Assembly: GCA_963707365.1 (NCBI GenBank)
Contig: CAVPPI010000001.1
Span: 121,326-185,325, forward strand
DNA length: 64,000 bases
Origin: an uncultured candidate division Zixibacteria bacterium
GTDB lineage: Bacteria; Zixibacteria; MSB-5A5; GN15; FEB-12
Direction of reading: 5' to 3'
Shown here: positions 27,346 to 37,002 of the stretch, in pieces
Numbering within the stretch: the stretch's first letter is position 1
Layout of the letters: each line of letters starts with the position of its first letter
Translations under genes and position numbers: made by a program
Notes under the pieces: generated by a model
Databases searched by the model: none
What the model was told of the DNA's origin: nothing
The model's input: the letters and a program-made list of their open reading frames with translations, nothing else

Positions 27346-28815
27346 ATGCGTATCTCGTTATTGAAGACAGTTGCATTCATCATGATGATTCTTCTGTCGG
27401 CATCTGTTCAGGCACAGGTCATGGATACCCTGTGGACAGAATCTTATGGAATGGTGGACCAACACGATTCAACCAACTGCCTTCAGGAAACATCCGATGA
27501 AGGATTTATCATGGTCGGATATACCCAACAGTACGGGGAGATACAGACCGACATAAAATTGGTCAAAACCGACTCGGATGGCAACGAAGAGTGGACAAAA
27601 ATCATCGGCGACGGTAATCTTGAATCCGGCTACCATGTCATTGAAACCTCCGATGGCGGCTATCTGGTGAGCGCCAAGAGTGATGCTTTTGGCTCGGGGT
27701 TGGGAGATTTCCGTATCTGGATTATCAAAACCGATGAAAACGGGGATACCCTGTGGAGTTACCCGTTTACCTATGACAATGGCAACGGGTTTCCTCTGTG
27801 TGCGGTAGAGACTTCCGATGGCGGCTACGCCATCACCGGCATTATCAATGTAGATTATGACAATAAGGCCTTCATTCTCAAATTGAACGATGACGGCAGC
27901 CACGATTGGCATTATTGGTATGGTGACTCTTATCCTCAGGACGCCTGGTTCATTGCTCAGATGCCCGATGATGGTTATATCGTAGCCGGAAATTTCCGCA
28001 ATACCTATACCACAGACTGGGATTTCTGGGCCTTTCGTACCAACGAGGCCGGCGTCGTGGTATGGGATTCCGTGTATGCCCTGACCGATTATACGGACTT
28101 GCTGTATGGAGCCTGCGTGGCCGATGACGGCATGGTTATGGTCGGTCTGGCGCGTGGTTCGGGTCATGCCATTAAAATCGATTTCGATGGCAACACCGTA
28201 TGGTCAAAATCGATCGCCATCTATCCTACCGCCGAGAAATATACCTCCGTTTGTGCGACCTCGGATGATGGTTTCATGGTTGGTGGATGGGTCAATGTGG
28301 CTGGATACAGGCGCGACTACTGTTTCCAGAAACTCGATGCCGATGGTGACACGCTGTGGACCTTCACGGTGGGCGGCTCCGAAGATGACCACGGAAGATC
28401 GGTAGTGGAAACTTCCGATGGATGCTACGCCCTGGCAGGCAATAGTGCATCGTTTCCTCTCGGATGGCTGTCATTCTGGCTGGTGAAGATAGGTTTGGTC
28501 ACCGACGTGCCCGCTGTAGTCTCGGCAGACTTGCCGGCGGAATTCAGGCTCAGCAGAAACTATCCCAACCCGTTTAATCCCATGACAACCTTCTCCTATT
28601 CCATACCGTCGCGAACCGAGGTGTCGCTTGTCATCTATAACGTGCTCGGACAGAAAGTGCGGGTACTCTAAAATGGCTCCAGGGCGGCCGGAAGTTATAC
28701 CGTTCAATGGGATGGTAGGGATGACAAAGGTGACCAGCAGTCCAGCGGGATTTATTTCTGTAAGTTGAAAACACCGGAGCAGTCGGCCGCTCAAAAAATG
28801 CTGCTGGTGAAGTAA
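27346..28815 (+). pseudogene. secreted beta-propeller-type repeat protein (ETSDGGY repeats) with T9SS C-terminal sorting domain interrupted by an in-frame TAA
   Basis: Signal peptide MRISLLKTVAFIMMILLSASVQAQ. The roughly 50-aa repeats recur as ETSD(G/E)G(Y/F)...G...D....K.D..G...W. The CTD starts NYPNPFNPMTTFSYSIP...NVLGQKVRVL, then TAA (28669..28671). The same frame continues NGSRAAGSYTVQWDGRDDKGDQQSSGIYFCKLKTPEQSAAQKMLLVK to the stop at 28813..28815. Confidence 0.75.
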
Positions 28816-28986
28816 CCTCGCTTCATAAAGGCCGAAATGCCCCGGCAACCGGCCAGGAACCAATTGGGCCGCATCAGCGGTACAATTGTTTTGTAGGCAG
28901 AAAACGATAATTTTGCTATATTGCCTCGAGATAATGACAACCTGCTGATTTGCGTGAGCAATCAACATTCGTTACGGAATTGTAAA

Positions 28987-29394
28987 ATGAAAGCTCCTCT
29001 TAGGTTTCTCATCTGTGCTATCTGCCTTCTGGCGGTGTTGGCGGTTATTGGTTGCGGAAGTACTGACGAAGATAACAACAACCTCGACCCTGATATCATC
29101 AGTAAGGTCGATACCTTTTCCTTCTGGGCCGGTGAGCTTTATACCGTCACAGCGCGCCTGACCTACAATTGGACCAACACGAGTGAATCGGCTCTTATCG
29201 ATCACTCGAGTGCCAGACTTGGCGGAACCGCGACGTTGATTATACTGGACGCCGACGGAAACCAGGTTTATCAGGACAATATGAAATCCGGTGAGACCGA
29301 TATAACCGGCCCCGGCAATCCGGGCGCCTGGTCGATCATCGTCGCACTCGAGGATTTCACCGGTACGGTCAGTTTTCGCGTCAAAAAGAACTGA
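28987..29394 (+). CDS. small lipoprotein of unknown function (paralog of 23512..23916)
   Basis: The in-frame ATG 28987 lies in ORF 28921..29394. Lipobox LAVIGCGS. It shares motifs with the 23512 product (see that entry). Confidence 0.7.
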   Translation: MKAPLRFLICAICLLAVLAVIGCGSTDEDNNNLDPDIISKVDTFSFWAGELYTVTARLTYNWTNTSESALIDHSSARLGGTATLIILDADGNQVYQDNMKSGETDITGPGNPGAWSIIVALEDFTGTVSFRVKKN

Positions 29395-29433
29395 ATCAAA
29401 TCACCGGCGCCGGACAATATTTCACAAATCAGT

Positions 29434-29460
29434 CAGGGCCGCTTGATTCAAGCGGCCCTG
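29434..29460. terminator. strong hairpin between convergent genes (terminator candidate without a clear U-tract)
   Basis: Perfect 12-bp stem CAGGGCCGCTTG / CAAGCGGCCCTG with a 3-nt loop. Confidence 0.45.
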
Positions 29461-29493
29461 ATAGTGATACAGAAAAGGGGTCGATGGAGATTT

Positions 29494-31767
29494 TTATGTC
29501 TGGAAAAGATACTGCAACTTTATGAAGAACTGGCGCTGTGACAAACAGGTCATGGTTCTGTCGGTCTCGACACCGCAATTAAAGTATTTGTCGTAATCGT
29601 AGGTCGCCCCGGCATAGAATGTCGAGAAGGGGTTGATACGGTAACTAATCAACGGGTCGACACTCCACTGCTTGGCAAAGCTGTTGTACTCAGTCACCAA
29701 TCTCAAAGAGAGCTCTCTGCTGAATTGATAGCCCAATCTGGTACGCACGATGTGCCCCTCGAAATACTCTTCCTTCGTATCAACATTGTAGCTCCTCAGA
29801 TAAGTTATATCAGGCTCAATGAGCAGTCGATCGGTAGGCCTGAATTCAGCGGAGATGTCAATATCGATCTCCCGTCCCATTTCCAGATAATTGCGGGCAA
29901 TCATGTTGCCGTAGTCGATGGACCAATCAATGTCGAAAGCCTTGTGAGGGCAGAGTCCCCCTTGAAACGTGAATACCGAAATATCCCTAAAATCGATTCC
30001 TCCCAGCCGTTCTCTGCTGAACAGGTACTGTGACCAGATATAGGCCTGAGCAAAGCGGAATCGGGTGTAGTTATATATCTTAATCCATTCATCCTTGCGC
30101 AGGCCGTCAAAATTCCAGATACGACCGAAGTCTACACCCGGTTCGATGTAATTGATGATGGTGCCCGATGGACGGAAGCTATGATCCATCTGGGTGATCA
30201 TCCGGCGGTCGCTATTCTGCGGCTGAAAACCATTGGCGGCGCGATAAGTGGGAGTTCGCTGGTACACTCGCGAATAGAGATAGAAATCCTTCAGATTATA
30301 AACTATTCCAACCAACGATCCGGTTCCCCAATAAGATTCTCCGTCAAAAGCGGCGGTGTGCTTACCGTTATCAAAGGTGATGCCATCCAGGTGGCTAGTC
30401 ATCGATGTATCGTTCGGTTCGTCGGTGTACGTAGCCATGAACTGCCCGATAAGTGATAGAGACTTGTTCAGGTACATCCTGGTGTCTAAACTGGTGAGCG
30501 TACCCGAACCGCCTCCATCAATCTGCTGGTCGGTAACCAACCCCCGAATATGGCTGCTGGCACCAAACGATTGTCTGACGGCGAACATGTTGGTGTATGT
30601 TTGACCGATCGGAACGTACGATGAGCGCTCTTCAAACGGCAAAATACTCAGACTTTGCTCGTCGTGAGCGGAGAGTGCCGCTATGGCCGTGCGCCCAAAT
30701 CTGGCTGAGGCCTTGGCGGCAAAATCGGGGTTGTTGATGGAGCGCGTATAGACGGCGCCGAAACTCGTGCGAAACAGATCAATCCCTTCTTGAAAAAACG
30801 GTCGCTTCTCATCGTATTGCAGGGCATACGTCGTGTTGACATCAACCTGCGAAGCATCAGCCTCAATCTGACTGAAATCCGGGTTATAGGTGCCTTCCAC
30901 GACTACATTGGAGCCAATTGTGTACTTCCCGCCGATGGCCAGATCGCCGTAAAAATCACCATTTGCAAACGAAGTGTCAGGATATACTCCATCTTCCACG
31001 GATCCGGATTGGTGTCCCACAAAACTCGGCAGCAGCTCAATACCTTTGCCCGGCTTAACGTTCTCAATCCCGGTGATCGTTCCCCACTTGCAGGGCCAGC
31101 AGGATTCATCCTGATCATAGGTAGCCCACGACATCGAGTAATGCACCTCACGAAGGTGATGCCGGTAAAAATCAAATCGCCACTCCTGCACCGGTCGATT
31201 GGGAAAACGTAGACTGGAAAAGGGAATAGCCAGTTCCACCTGATAACCCGAATCGGTGACAATTCCTCTCGAAGCGAACATCAGATCGAAATTGTCGTCT
31301 TCGCCATAGCTGGCCGACCAGAGAGCATCGTACTGAATTCCGTGCGGATTAATGTTGATAATGTAGGCACGGGTGGCATCACCAAACGGATCGAAAAAGA
31401 ACCCGATATTATCATCGTCGAAAATTCGCTCCCGCTCACACAGGCTCGCGCGGACTTTCTTGGGATCGGCGTAACAAACCGCCGCCAAATACAGATTGTC
31501 GTCATCATACGCGACGAATGCCTCTGTCCTCACCGGCGGGGCAACCTCGTCGCCGGGGGAATGTTCAGTGAAATTCCCGGCGGGCAGAGCCCCTTGCCAT
31601 CCGGCGTCATTGAGTTCGCCATCGACCTTTATCTCACCCTTCACACGGTGAGCTTTCAGAGTCGGGTTGTACTGAGGGGTAAATTCGTTCTGGGTGACTA
31701 CAGAAGATGATTGTGAGGTCGGTGCGATCAGCAGCAGACACACAATAATAATGCAAATTCTTGACAT
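29494..31767 (-). CDS. CBM9-like / DUF5916-type outer-membrane-associated protein
   Basis: I prefer ATG 31767 (GGAGAT upstream), giving signal MSRICIIIVCLLLIAPTSQSSS. The N-terminus (IKVDGELNDAGWQGALPAGNFTEHSPGDEVAPPVRTEAFVAYDDDNLYLAAVC) is the carbohydrate-binding-family-9-like pattern. A long beta-rich C-terminal part ends ...LQYLFQT. The family name is from memory. Confidence 0.7.
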   Translation of the reverse strand: MSRICIIIVCLLLIAPTSQSSSVVTQNEFTPQYNPTLKAHRVKGEIKVDGELNDAGWQGALPAGNFTEHSPGDEVAPPVRTEAFVAYDDDNLYLAAVCYADPKKVRASLCERERIFDDDNIGFFFDPFGDATRAYIININPHGIQYDALWSASYGEDDNFDLMFASRGIVTDSGYQVELAIPFSSLRFPNRPVQEWRFDFYRHHLREVHYSMSWATYDQDESCWPCKWGTITGIENVKPGKGIELLPSFVGHQSGSVEDGVYPDTSFANGDFYGDLAIGGKYTIGSNVVVEGTYNPDFSQIEADASQVDVNTTYALQYDEKRPFFQEGIDLFRTSFGAVYTRSINNPDFAAKASARFGRTAIAALSAHDEQSLSILPFEERSSYVPIGQTYTNMFAVRQSFGASSHIRGLVTDQQIDGGGSGTLTSLDTRMYLNKSLSLIGQFMATYTDEPNDTSMTSHLDGITFDNGKHTAAFDGESYWGTGSLVGIVYNLKDFYLYSRVYQRTPTYRAANGFQPQNSDRRMITQMDHSFRPSGTIINYIEPGVDFGRIWNFDGLRKDEWIKIYNYTRFRFAQAYIWSQYLFSRERLGGIDFRDISVFTFQGGLCPHKAFDIDWSIDYGNMIARNYLEMGREIDIDISAEFRPTDRLLIEPDITYLRSYNVDTKEEYFEGHIVRTRLGYQFSRELSLRLVTEYNSFAKQWSVDPLISYRINPFSTFYAGATYDYDKYFNCGVETDRTMTCLSQRQFFIKLQYLFQT

Positions 31768-31987
31768 GCTGGATCTCCATCTTTCGAACCTGGGCACACT
31801 AAGCCTCCCGCGATTCACTACTCATCGCCAGAGGACTACTTACGGCTGACGTCAACATACTGCTCTGATTAGCTTTACGAGTCAGCGTGGACGAAGGTTT
31901 CCCCGGCGCAATGATTGCCCCATGAATGAGCGACTTTGACCGGTGAGTCCTGCTGATTTGGTGAGAATATTGCGCGATCGATACCGG

Positions 31988-32821
31988 CTAAAGGCTGTGC
32001 TTTTCCAGAAAAGCATCAAACTGCGGGTAAAACTCGCCGGGATTGTCCGCATAGACCATGTGATCCGAATCCGACACCTCGAAATAGGTGCAGTTTTCGA
32101 TTTGACCCGTCATTCTCAAGGCATCATCGGCGGAAAAGAACAGACTCTCTCCAGCGCGTACCAGGCACACCGGGCATATCAACCGGGGGAGAAGATGAAA
32201 CCAATCGCAGACTTCTCTCTCCAGCGCCGCCATGGCTTTTCTTGAGAACATGAAATCGAATCCGTCGATTGTTTCCACCAGGCTGTCCGCAAAGTATTGT
32301 ACGTTGGTGTTTCTTACGAAGGTCCGGCTCAGGAATTCAATGGCCTCCCGGTGTGACGCAAACGGTGTTGGCCAATCCCCGGTCAGGCCGTCACTTTCGC
32401 TTAGGGGATCGGGTGGGGAAGTCGGGCCGGCGGCGCTGACATCCAGAATGGCAACCGCCCGAACAATCTCCGGATGCAGAGCCGCAAGATAACCGGCTAT
32501 TCTGCCACCCATCGAATGACCGACAACAAATGCGCTCTCACACTCCAGATGCTCAAGCAATCTATAGGCATCTTCAGCCATGCTTTCCGAAGAATACCCC
32601 CCGTCCGGTTTATCGCTGAGCCCATGACCACGCTGATCGGGCGCTATGATTCTGTAACGGTCACTAAACCGATTAATCAGATCAAGCCACGTTTGCGCGC
32701 GACCCCATCGGCCGTGAAGGCAGAGCATGACAGGTTTTGATGAATCTGTGTCGAGATAAAACAGTCTCAGGCCGTTGATAAAAGCCGTCGCCCTGCGGAT
32801 TCTGACAGTCCCGGCGGTCAT
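31988..32821 (-). CDS. alpha/beta hydrolase (canonical Ser nucleophile)
   Basis: The in-frame ATG 32821 follows GGGAGGA; the longer ORF up to 32986 would overlap the receptor gene. Motifs LCLHGRWG, APDQRGHGLS and VVGHSMGG are present. Confidence 0.85.
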   Translation of the reverse strand: MTAGTVRIRRATAFINGLRLFYLDTDSSKPVMLCLHGRWGRAQTWLDLINRFSDRYRIIAPDQRGHGLSDKPDGGYSSESMAEDAYRLLEHLECESAFVVGHSMGGRIAGYLAALHPEIVRAVAILDVSAAGPTSPPDPLSESDGLTGDWPTPFASHREAIEFLSRTFVRNTNVQYFADSLVETIDGFDFMFSRKAMAALEREVCDWFHLLPRLICPVCLVRAGESLFFSADDALRMTGQIENCTYFEVSDSDHMVYADNPGEFYPQFDAFLEKHSL

Positions 32822-32876
32822 ACCATCCTCCCTGACAACCTGTTCCCGTGAGCCCACCAGGCCGGCGCACCCGGTA

Positions 32877-35300
32877 TCAGAACCGGTAGTCGTAAGTGAC
32901 GCCGAACGATGGCATCGTTCCGAACCATTTTTCCGTCTGTTTCTCAATCGAAAGAACGCCGTCGTTCGACACCAGCACGTATTCATAGTTGCGAATATTT
33001 TCAGCGCCCGTTACGTTGATCACTTCCACGAAAGCAGTGATAGTCCCTTTGGCCATGAAGAACTTCCTGTTGAGGCGCAGATCCAGTCGTTTGAAAGACT
33101 CATGTTTGGACCGCCAGGGGTCATCCGCCTCCAGATAAAACACCTGGTTACCGTCAATGGTGCGCTGGACCAATGACACGCCCGTATAAGGCCAGCCGGT
33201 ATGAAATTGCCAGGCAACATTGAACTGCCATTTCGTGTTGAAACGATAATTCAGATCAAGATACAATGTGTGCAGTTGGTCGTAGGGGAAATAGAACTCT
33301 TCATTATAATTTACCTGCACTCCTTCGCTGAAGTAGTACAGACTCTGTATGTCATCTCTTACTTCGGAAAGCGAGTAACTGAACCACCAGCTGAGTTTCT
33401 CCCCGATATCCTTCTTGATATACAACTCGACGCCTTTGGATGTCTTGCCGTTGAACGCAACCCTCACCCTGTCTTCCTCGAGCTCCGGAAAGGTCACCAG
33501 CTCTCCGAATGTATTTCTGAAAGCGGGAGCGAGATCGGAATACTTCTTATAGAAGAGATTAAGTCTCAGATTCTCACCCGTTTCGAAATTGTGGTCGAGT
33601 CCCAGCACGATGTGTTCGGCTCTTTCGGCCTCGGTGAAACCGATCTCGCCATCCTGAACACTGATTTCGTCGATTCTCTTGACCTGATAGAAATGTCCCC
33701 ATCCCATTCGAAGGGTAGTGTTTGTCGAAAAATTGATAGCCAGGTTGGCTCGCGGCGAAAAGTGCTCGTCGTCAGAATATGACGCGCGGTCATACCGCAC
33801 GCCGACCTCGGCGGTGGCAAAGCTGATCGGGCGCACGCGAGTTGCGAAATACCCGCTCATCTTGTTTCCGGAAGGATTTATGGCGACTTTATTTGAGTCT
33901 ATACCCTCCACGATGTATATCGGATATCCGGAAGGATTGTAGCGGTAATCAAATAAATAGCTCTTGTAATCATAATCAGCCGAGACATGCCTGAAATCGA
34001 ATCCGCTCTTAAACAACACATTGCGGTGAGCTTCGTATTCCCAGTCCGTCTTGACACCGAGAACGTCGAAGCTACGGATGTCGTCAACTTTCATCTCCGG
34101 TGACATCGCCACTTCATCAAAAACCTGCCCCTCCCGGGACTGACTCACGGTTCCAAAAGATGTTATCGTCTTTCCGGCCAGCTTCGATGACAGGTATGAA
34201 TCAAGAGTAAGCCACAGGTAAGTGCTTCCGTATGAAGAATAGAGAGTATCGCCTTCGTTGTTCTCGTCTTCGGACTGCTCGCCGAGATATTTCAAGTTGT
34301 CGTCGGCCCTCAAGAAGTTGAGGGTGAGAATCTGTTGGTTGTTCAGCCGGTAACGCACTTTCGAAAACAGGTCATAGTACTGGGGTCGCAGCTCGCTGTC
34401 GGCGCCGGAAAGATCCAGCACCAGATCCAGGTAGCCCCTGCGTCCGGATACCAGCCAGGAACCCTTGTTTTCAGAAAAAGTGCCCTCGCTCAAAAACCGG
34501 GCATTCATCAGGCTCAGGCCGAGAGAGATGCGCTTTGTATCGGGAGCGGTGTTTTTCGACTTGATATTGAACACGCCGCTCATGCGATCGCCGTAGTTCG
34601 CTGGGTAGCCGCCGGCCATCAGGTCAACCCCCTCCATGGCGGCGACATCGATAACGCTGATAACACCGCCGTCCACGTCCTTTAAGTGGAACGGTTCGTA
34701 CAACTCCATGCCGTCGAGATTTATCAACACCTCGTCCTGCTCGCCGCCGCGAACATTGAATTTCGCCGAGAAGTCGTTGTAGGCTATACCCGGAAGTCGC
34801 TGAACGGCCCGAAACAAATCTTCCGCCAACTGGGGCCGGAGTTCGATCACCTCGCGAGAGAGGATCTGGGTGGCAGCCGGCTCATCGCTCAGGATTGAAA
34901 ACTGTCCGGGTGTCACGGTTACGCCCCTGATGGAAACCGGTTCCTTAGCAAGTTTGATTTCCAGATGATGCGTACCGGCATTGACCAGCCAAAGACTATC
35001 CAAGACTTTAGTTTCATACCCGACACGACTGACCCTGACTCGATAGACACCATCCTCCAGATTGGCTAGGGTGAAATTTCCCAGCGAGTCGGTAATGGTA
35101 CCCACGGGTCTGTCGAGAACTTTTACACTGACGCCACTCAACGGTTCGCCATCATCAATATCTACAACCGTTCCGGTGATAGAATTATTATGCGCGGCCG
35201 CCGATGAGGCGGATGATGCTGATGAGGAACTTGCCAATAGGCTAAAAAAACCCAGGCATATCAAGAAAGTCATCCAGTCCTTCAGAAGTCTTGTCGGCAT
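32877..35300 (-). CDS. TonB-dependent receptor with N-terminal carboxypeptidase-regulatory-like domain
   Basis: The 807-aa protein has a signal peptide, a CarboxypepD_reg-like block (ITGTVVDIDDGEPLSGVSVKVLD...GVYRVRVSRVGYE), a plug region and a long beta-barrel ending ...FGVTYDYRF. Confidence 0.9.
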   Translation of the reverse strand: MPTRLLKDWMTFLICLGFFSLLASSSSASSASSAAAHNNSITGTVVDIDDGEPLSGVSVKVLDRPVGTITDSLGNFTLANLEDGVYRVRVSRVGYETKVLDSLWLVNAGTHHLEIKLAKEPVSIRGVTVTPGQFSILSDEPAATQILSREVIELRPQLAEDLFRAVQRLPGIAYNDFSAKFNVRGGEQDEVLINLDGMELYEPFHLKDVDGGVISVIDVAAMEGVDLMAGGYPANYGDRMSGVFNIKSKNTAPDTKRISLGLSLMNARFLSEGTFSENKGSWLVSGRRGYLDLVLDLSGADSELRPQYYDLFSKVRYRLNNQQILTLNFLRADDNLKYLGEQSEDENNEGDTLYSSYGSTYLWLTLDSYLSSKLAGKTITSFGTVSQSREGQVFDEVAMSPEMKVDDIRSFDVLGVKTDWEYEAHRNVLFKSGFDFRHVSADYDYKSYLFDYRYNPSGYPIYIVEGIDSNKVAINPSGNKMSGYFATRVRPISFATAEVGVRYDRASYSDDEHFSPRANLAINFSTNTTLRMGWGHFYQVKRIDEISVQDGEIGFTEAERAEHIVLGLDHNFETGENLRLNLFYKKYSDLAPAFRNTFGELVTFPELEEDRVRVAFNGKTSKGVELYIKKDIGEKLSWWFSYSLSEVRDDIQSLYYFSEGVQVNYNEEFYFPYDQLHTLYLDLNYRFNTKWQFNVAWQFHTGWPYTGVSLVQRTIDGNQVFYLEADDPWRSKHESFKRLDLRLNRKFFMAKGTITAFVEVINVTGAENIRNYEYVLVSNDGVLSIEKQTEKWFGTMPSFGVTYDYRF

Positions 35301-35366
35301 CGTTGTCCCCTAAACTGAAATAAATTACCGTGACTCCAACTCATCGGAGAGAGTCATCTTTCGCAT

Positions 35367-36653
35367 CTATTCAAGGTTTGTCGGATCCTCTTCGACCATC
35401 AGAAACATCACGTCATTGAGCACCTGGTGATCAGGATAGGTAGTGGCGCCCGTAATAACATATCCCGCCGCGCATCGCGACATCGACATCCCATACCCGG
35501 CAACACCAACGGCGTCGCTCCAGAGGAACGTACCTTCGGCATCAAGTTTCGTAATCAAAGCGGTGTGTCCGGCGAAATACTGTCCGCAGATCAAGAACGC
35601 GCCCTGAGCATCTTCGATTACTGTGCGGGGTTCATTGATGCCCGACTGGGCATAGCTGTATTGCCATAGAACCGTTCCGCTGGCGTTCATTCTGATAACG
35701 TGGAGAATCTGGCCGGGGGAGTCCGTGGTCGCGACAGGCACACTCGTACAGGCAGCAACGAGTCCGCCATCCGATGTCTCGGCTAAGGAGTAAATGTTCA
35801 GGCTATATTCGCTGCTACTGTGAATCCTCTCCCACATCTCGGTGCCGTCGGGGTCGACCTTGAGAAGATACGCACTGGACTTGTTTCCCGAAGCCGGTCT
35901 GGTGTAGCCGCCGACTACGAAGTTCCCGTCGCTGGTCCTGATTATGGAAGAAGCACGTTCCGGATCCGATGTCCCGTAGGTATTCTCCCAAACGGGATCC
36001 CCCTCCAGGTCGGCCTTGACAAGGTAAACATCCTCTTCAGTTTCGCTGCGATGCTGATACCCGGCTATGTAGTAGGCGTCCGAAGACAGCGCCAGCGAGT
36101 ATCCCTGTTCCACATAATCCGGATTTCCGAAACCCTCTTCCACCATAACCACGCCATCGGCCGTAACCTTTATCAGGTAAAAACTGTAATCATCGAGCGG
36201 TTTGCCGGAATTGGGGTCTATCTTCGTCCTTTCGACTACATCAAACGATGTCGTCCCGCCGGCCACGATAATACTCCCATCCTGAGCTATCTTGACCGCG
36301 CGACCGTTATCGTCACCCCAGCCACCGGCCCAGTTGAACCATAGTAGATTTCCATCCGAGCCGACCTTGGCCAGATACACGGTGTTATCACCGTATCCTC
36401 TTGAGGTGGTAGAGCCGGTTATCACATATTCGTCGTCAGGCGTCGTTGCAATCGCCGCTCCCCAGTCATAGCCGTCGTCGCCAAAAGTCTTCGAAACGAG
36501 CAGAGTGACATAATTGGCCGGTGGGGTGTTGACGATAGAGTTGTGGGAATAATCGTCACATGCGGCTGCGAGAAGTATCAAAATAATGGCCGCCATTACC
36601 ACTAATAATGCGAATCTCAATGTTAGACTGTTTTGACGCTCATTCATAGTCAC
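35367..36653 (-). CDS. beta-propeller-type repeat lipoprotein (same repeat family as 27346 gene, no T9SS CTD)
   Basis: GTG 36653 or ATG 36647 (GAGGTGGG upstream) could be the start. Lipobox ILLAAAC. Repeats include ETSDGG, RTSDGNFVVGGYT and KVDPDGTEMW. Confidence 0.75.
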   Translation of the reverse strand: MTMNERQNSLTLRFALLVVMAAIILILLAAACDDYSHNSIVNTPPANYVTLLVSKTFGDDGYDWGAAIATTPDDEYVITGSTTSRGYGDNTVYLAKVGSDGNLLWFNWAGGWGDDNGRAVKIAQDGSIIVAGGTTSFDVVERTKIDPNSGKPLDDYSFYLIKVTADGVVMVEEGFGNPDYVEQGYSLALSSDAYYIAGYQHRSETEEDVYLVKADLEGDPVWENTYGTSDPERASSIIRTSDGNFVVGGYTRPASGNKSSAYLLKVDPDGTEMWERIHSSSEYSLNIYSLAETSDGGLVAACTSVPVATTDSPGQILHVIRMNASGTVLWQYSYAQSGINEPRTVIEDAQGAFLICGQYFAGHTALITKLDAEGTFLWSDAVGVAGYGMSMSRCAAGYVITGATTYPDHQVLNDVMFLMVEEDPTNLE

Positions 36654-37002
36654 CCACCTCTATTTTCGTCGAAATGCCTCGGTTTGTTTCGATTTTTTTC
36701 TGCCAATTGCCTTTCTCTGCACGATGCAGAAATTATGACATAAATAAAACGATTAATGTGCCCCTCTTGATTAATGCCGATATCGAGCGGTCACTTCCGT
36801 GTTTTATGTCCTGCCACAATCTCTTTCCCCGCAATGCCCTCTTTGTCGACCGCCATAAGCCACTTTATTACAATCACTTAGGGTAGCGTCGTGGTGGCTG
36901 CGGGTGGCGACTCGAAATTAAAGTCGTCTGCAACATGAACACCTGGGAAAGCCATGTGTTCATTGAGAACGCTTCGCGACCGGCAAATCCGAGAGCACGA
37001 GA

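Noticed and set aside
28669-28671. Alternative genetic code (TAA as a sense codon).
   Set aside because: This is the only in-frame TAA I saw inside a conserved domain. TAA terminates other genes here at family-typical lengths, for example the RRM gene at 16687..16689.
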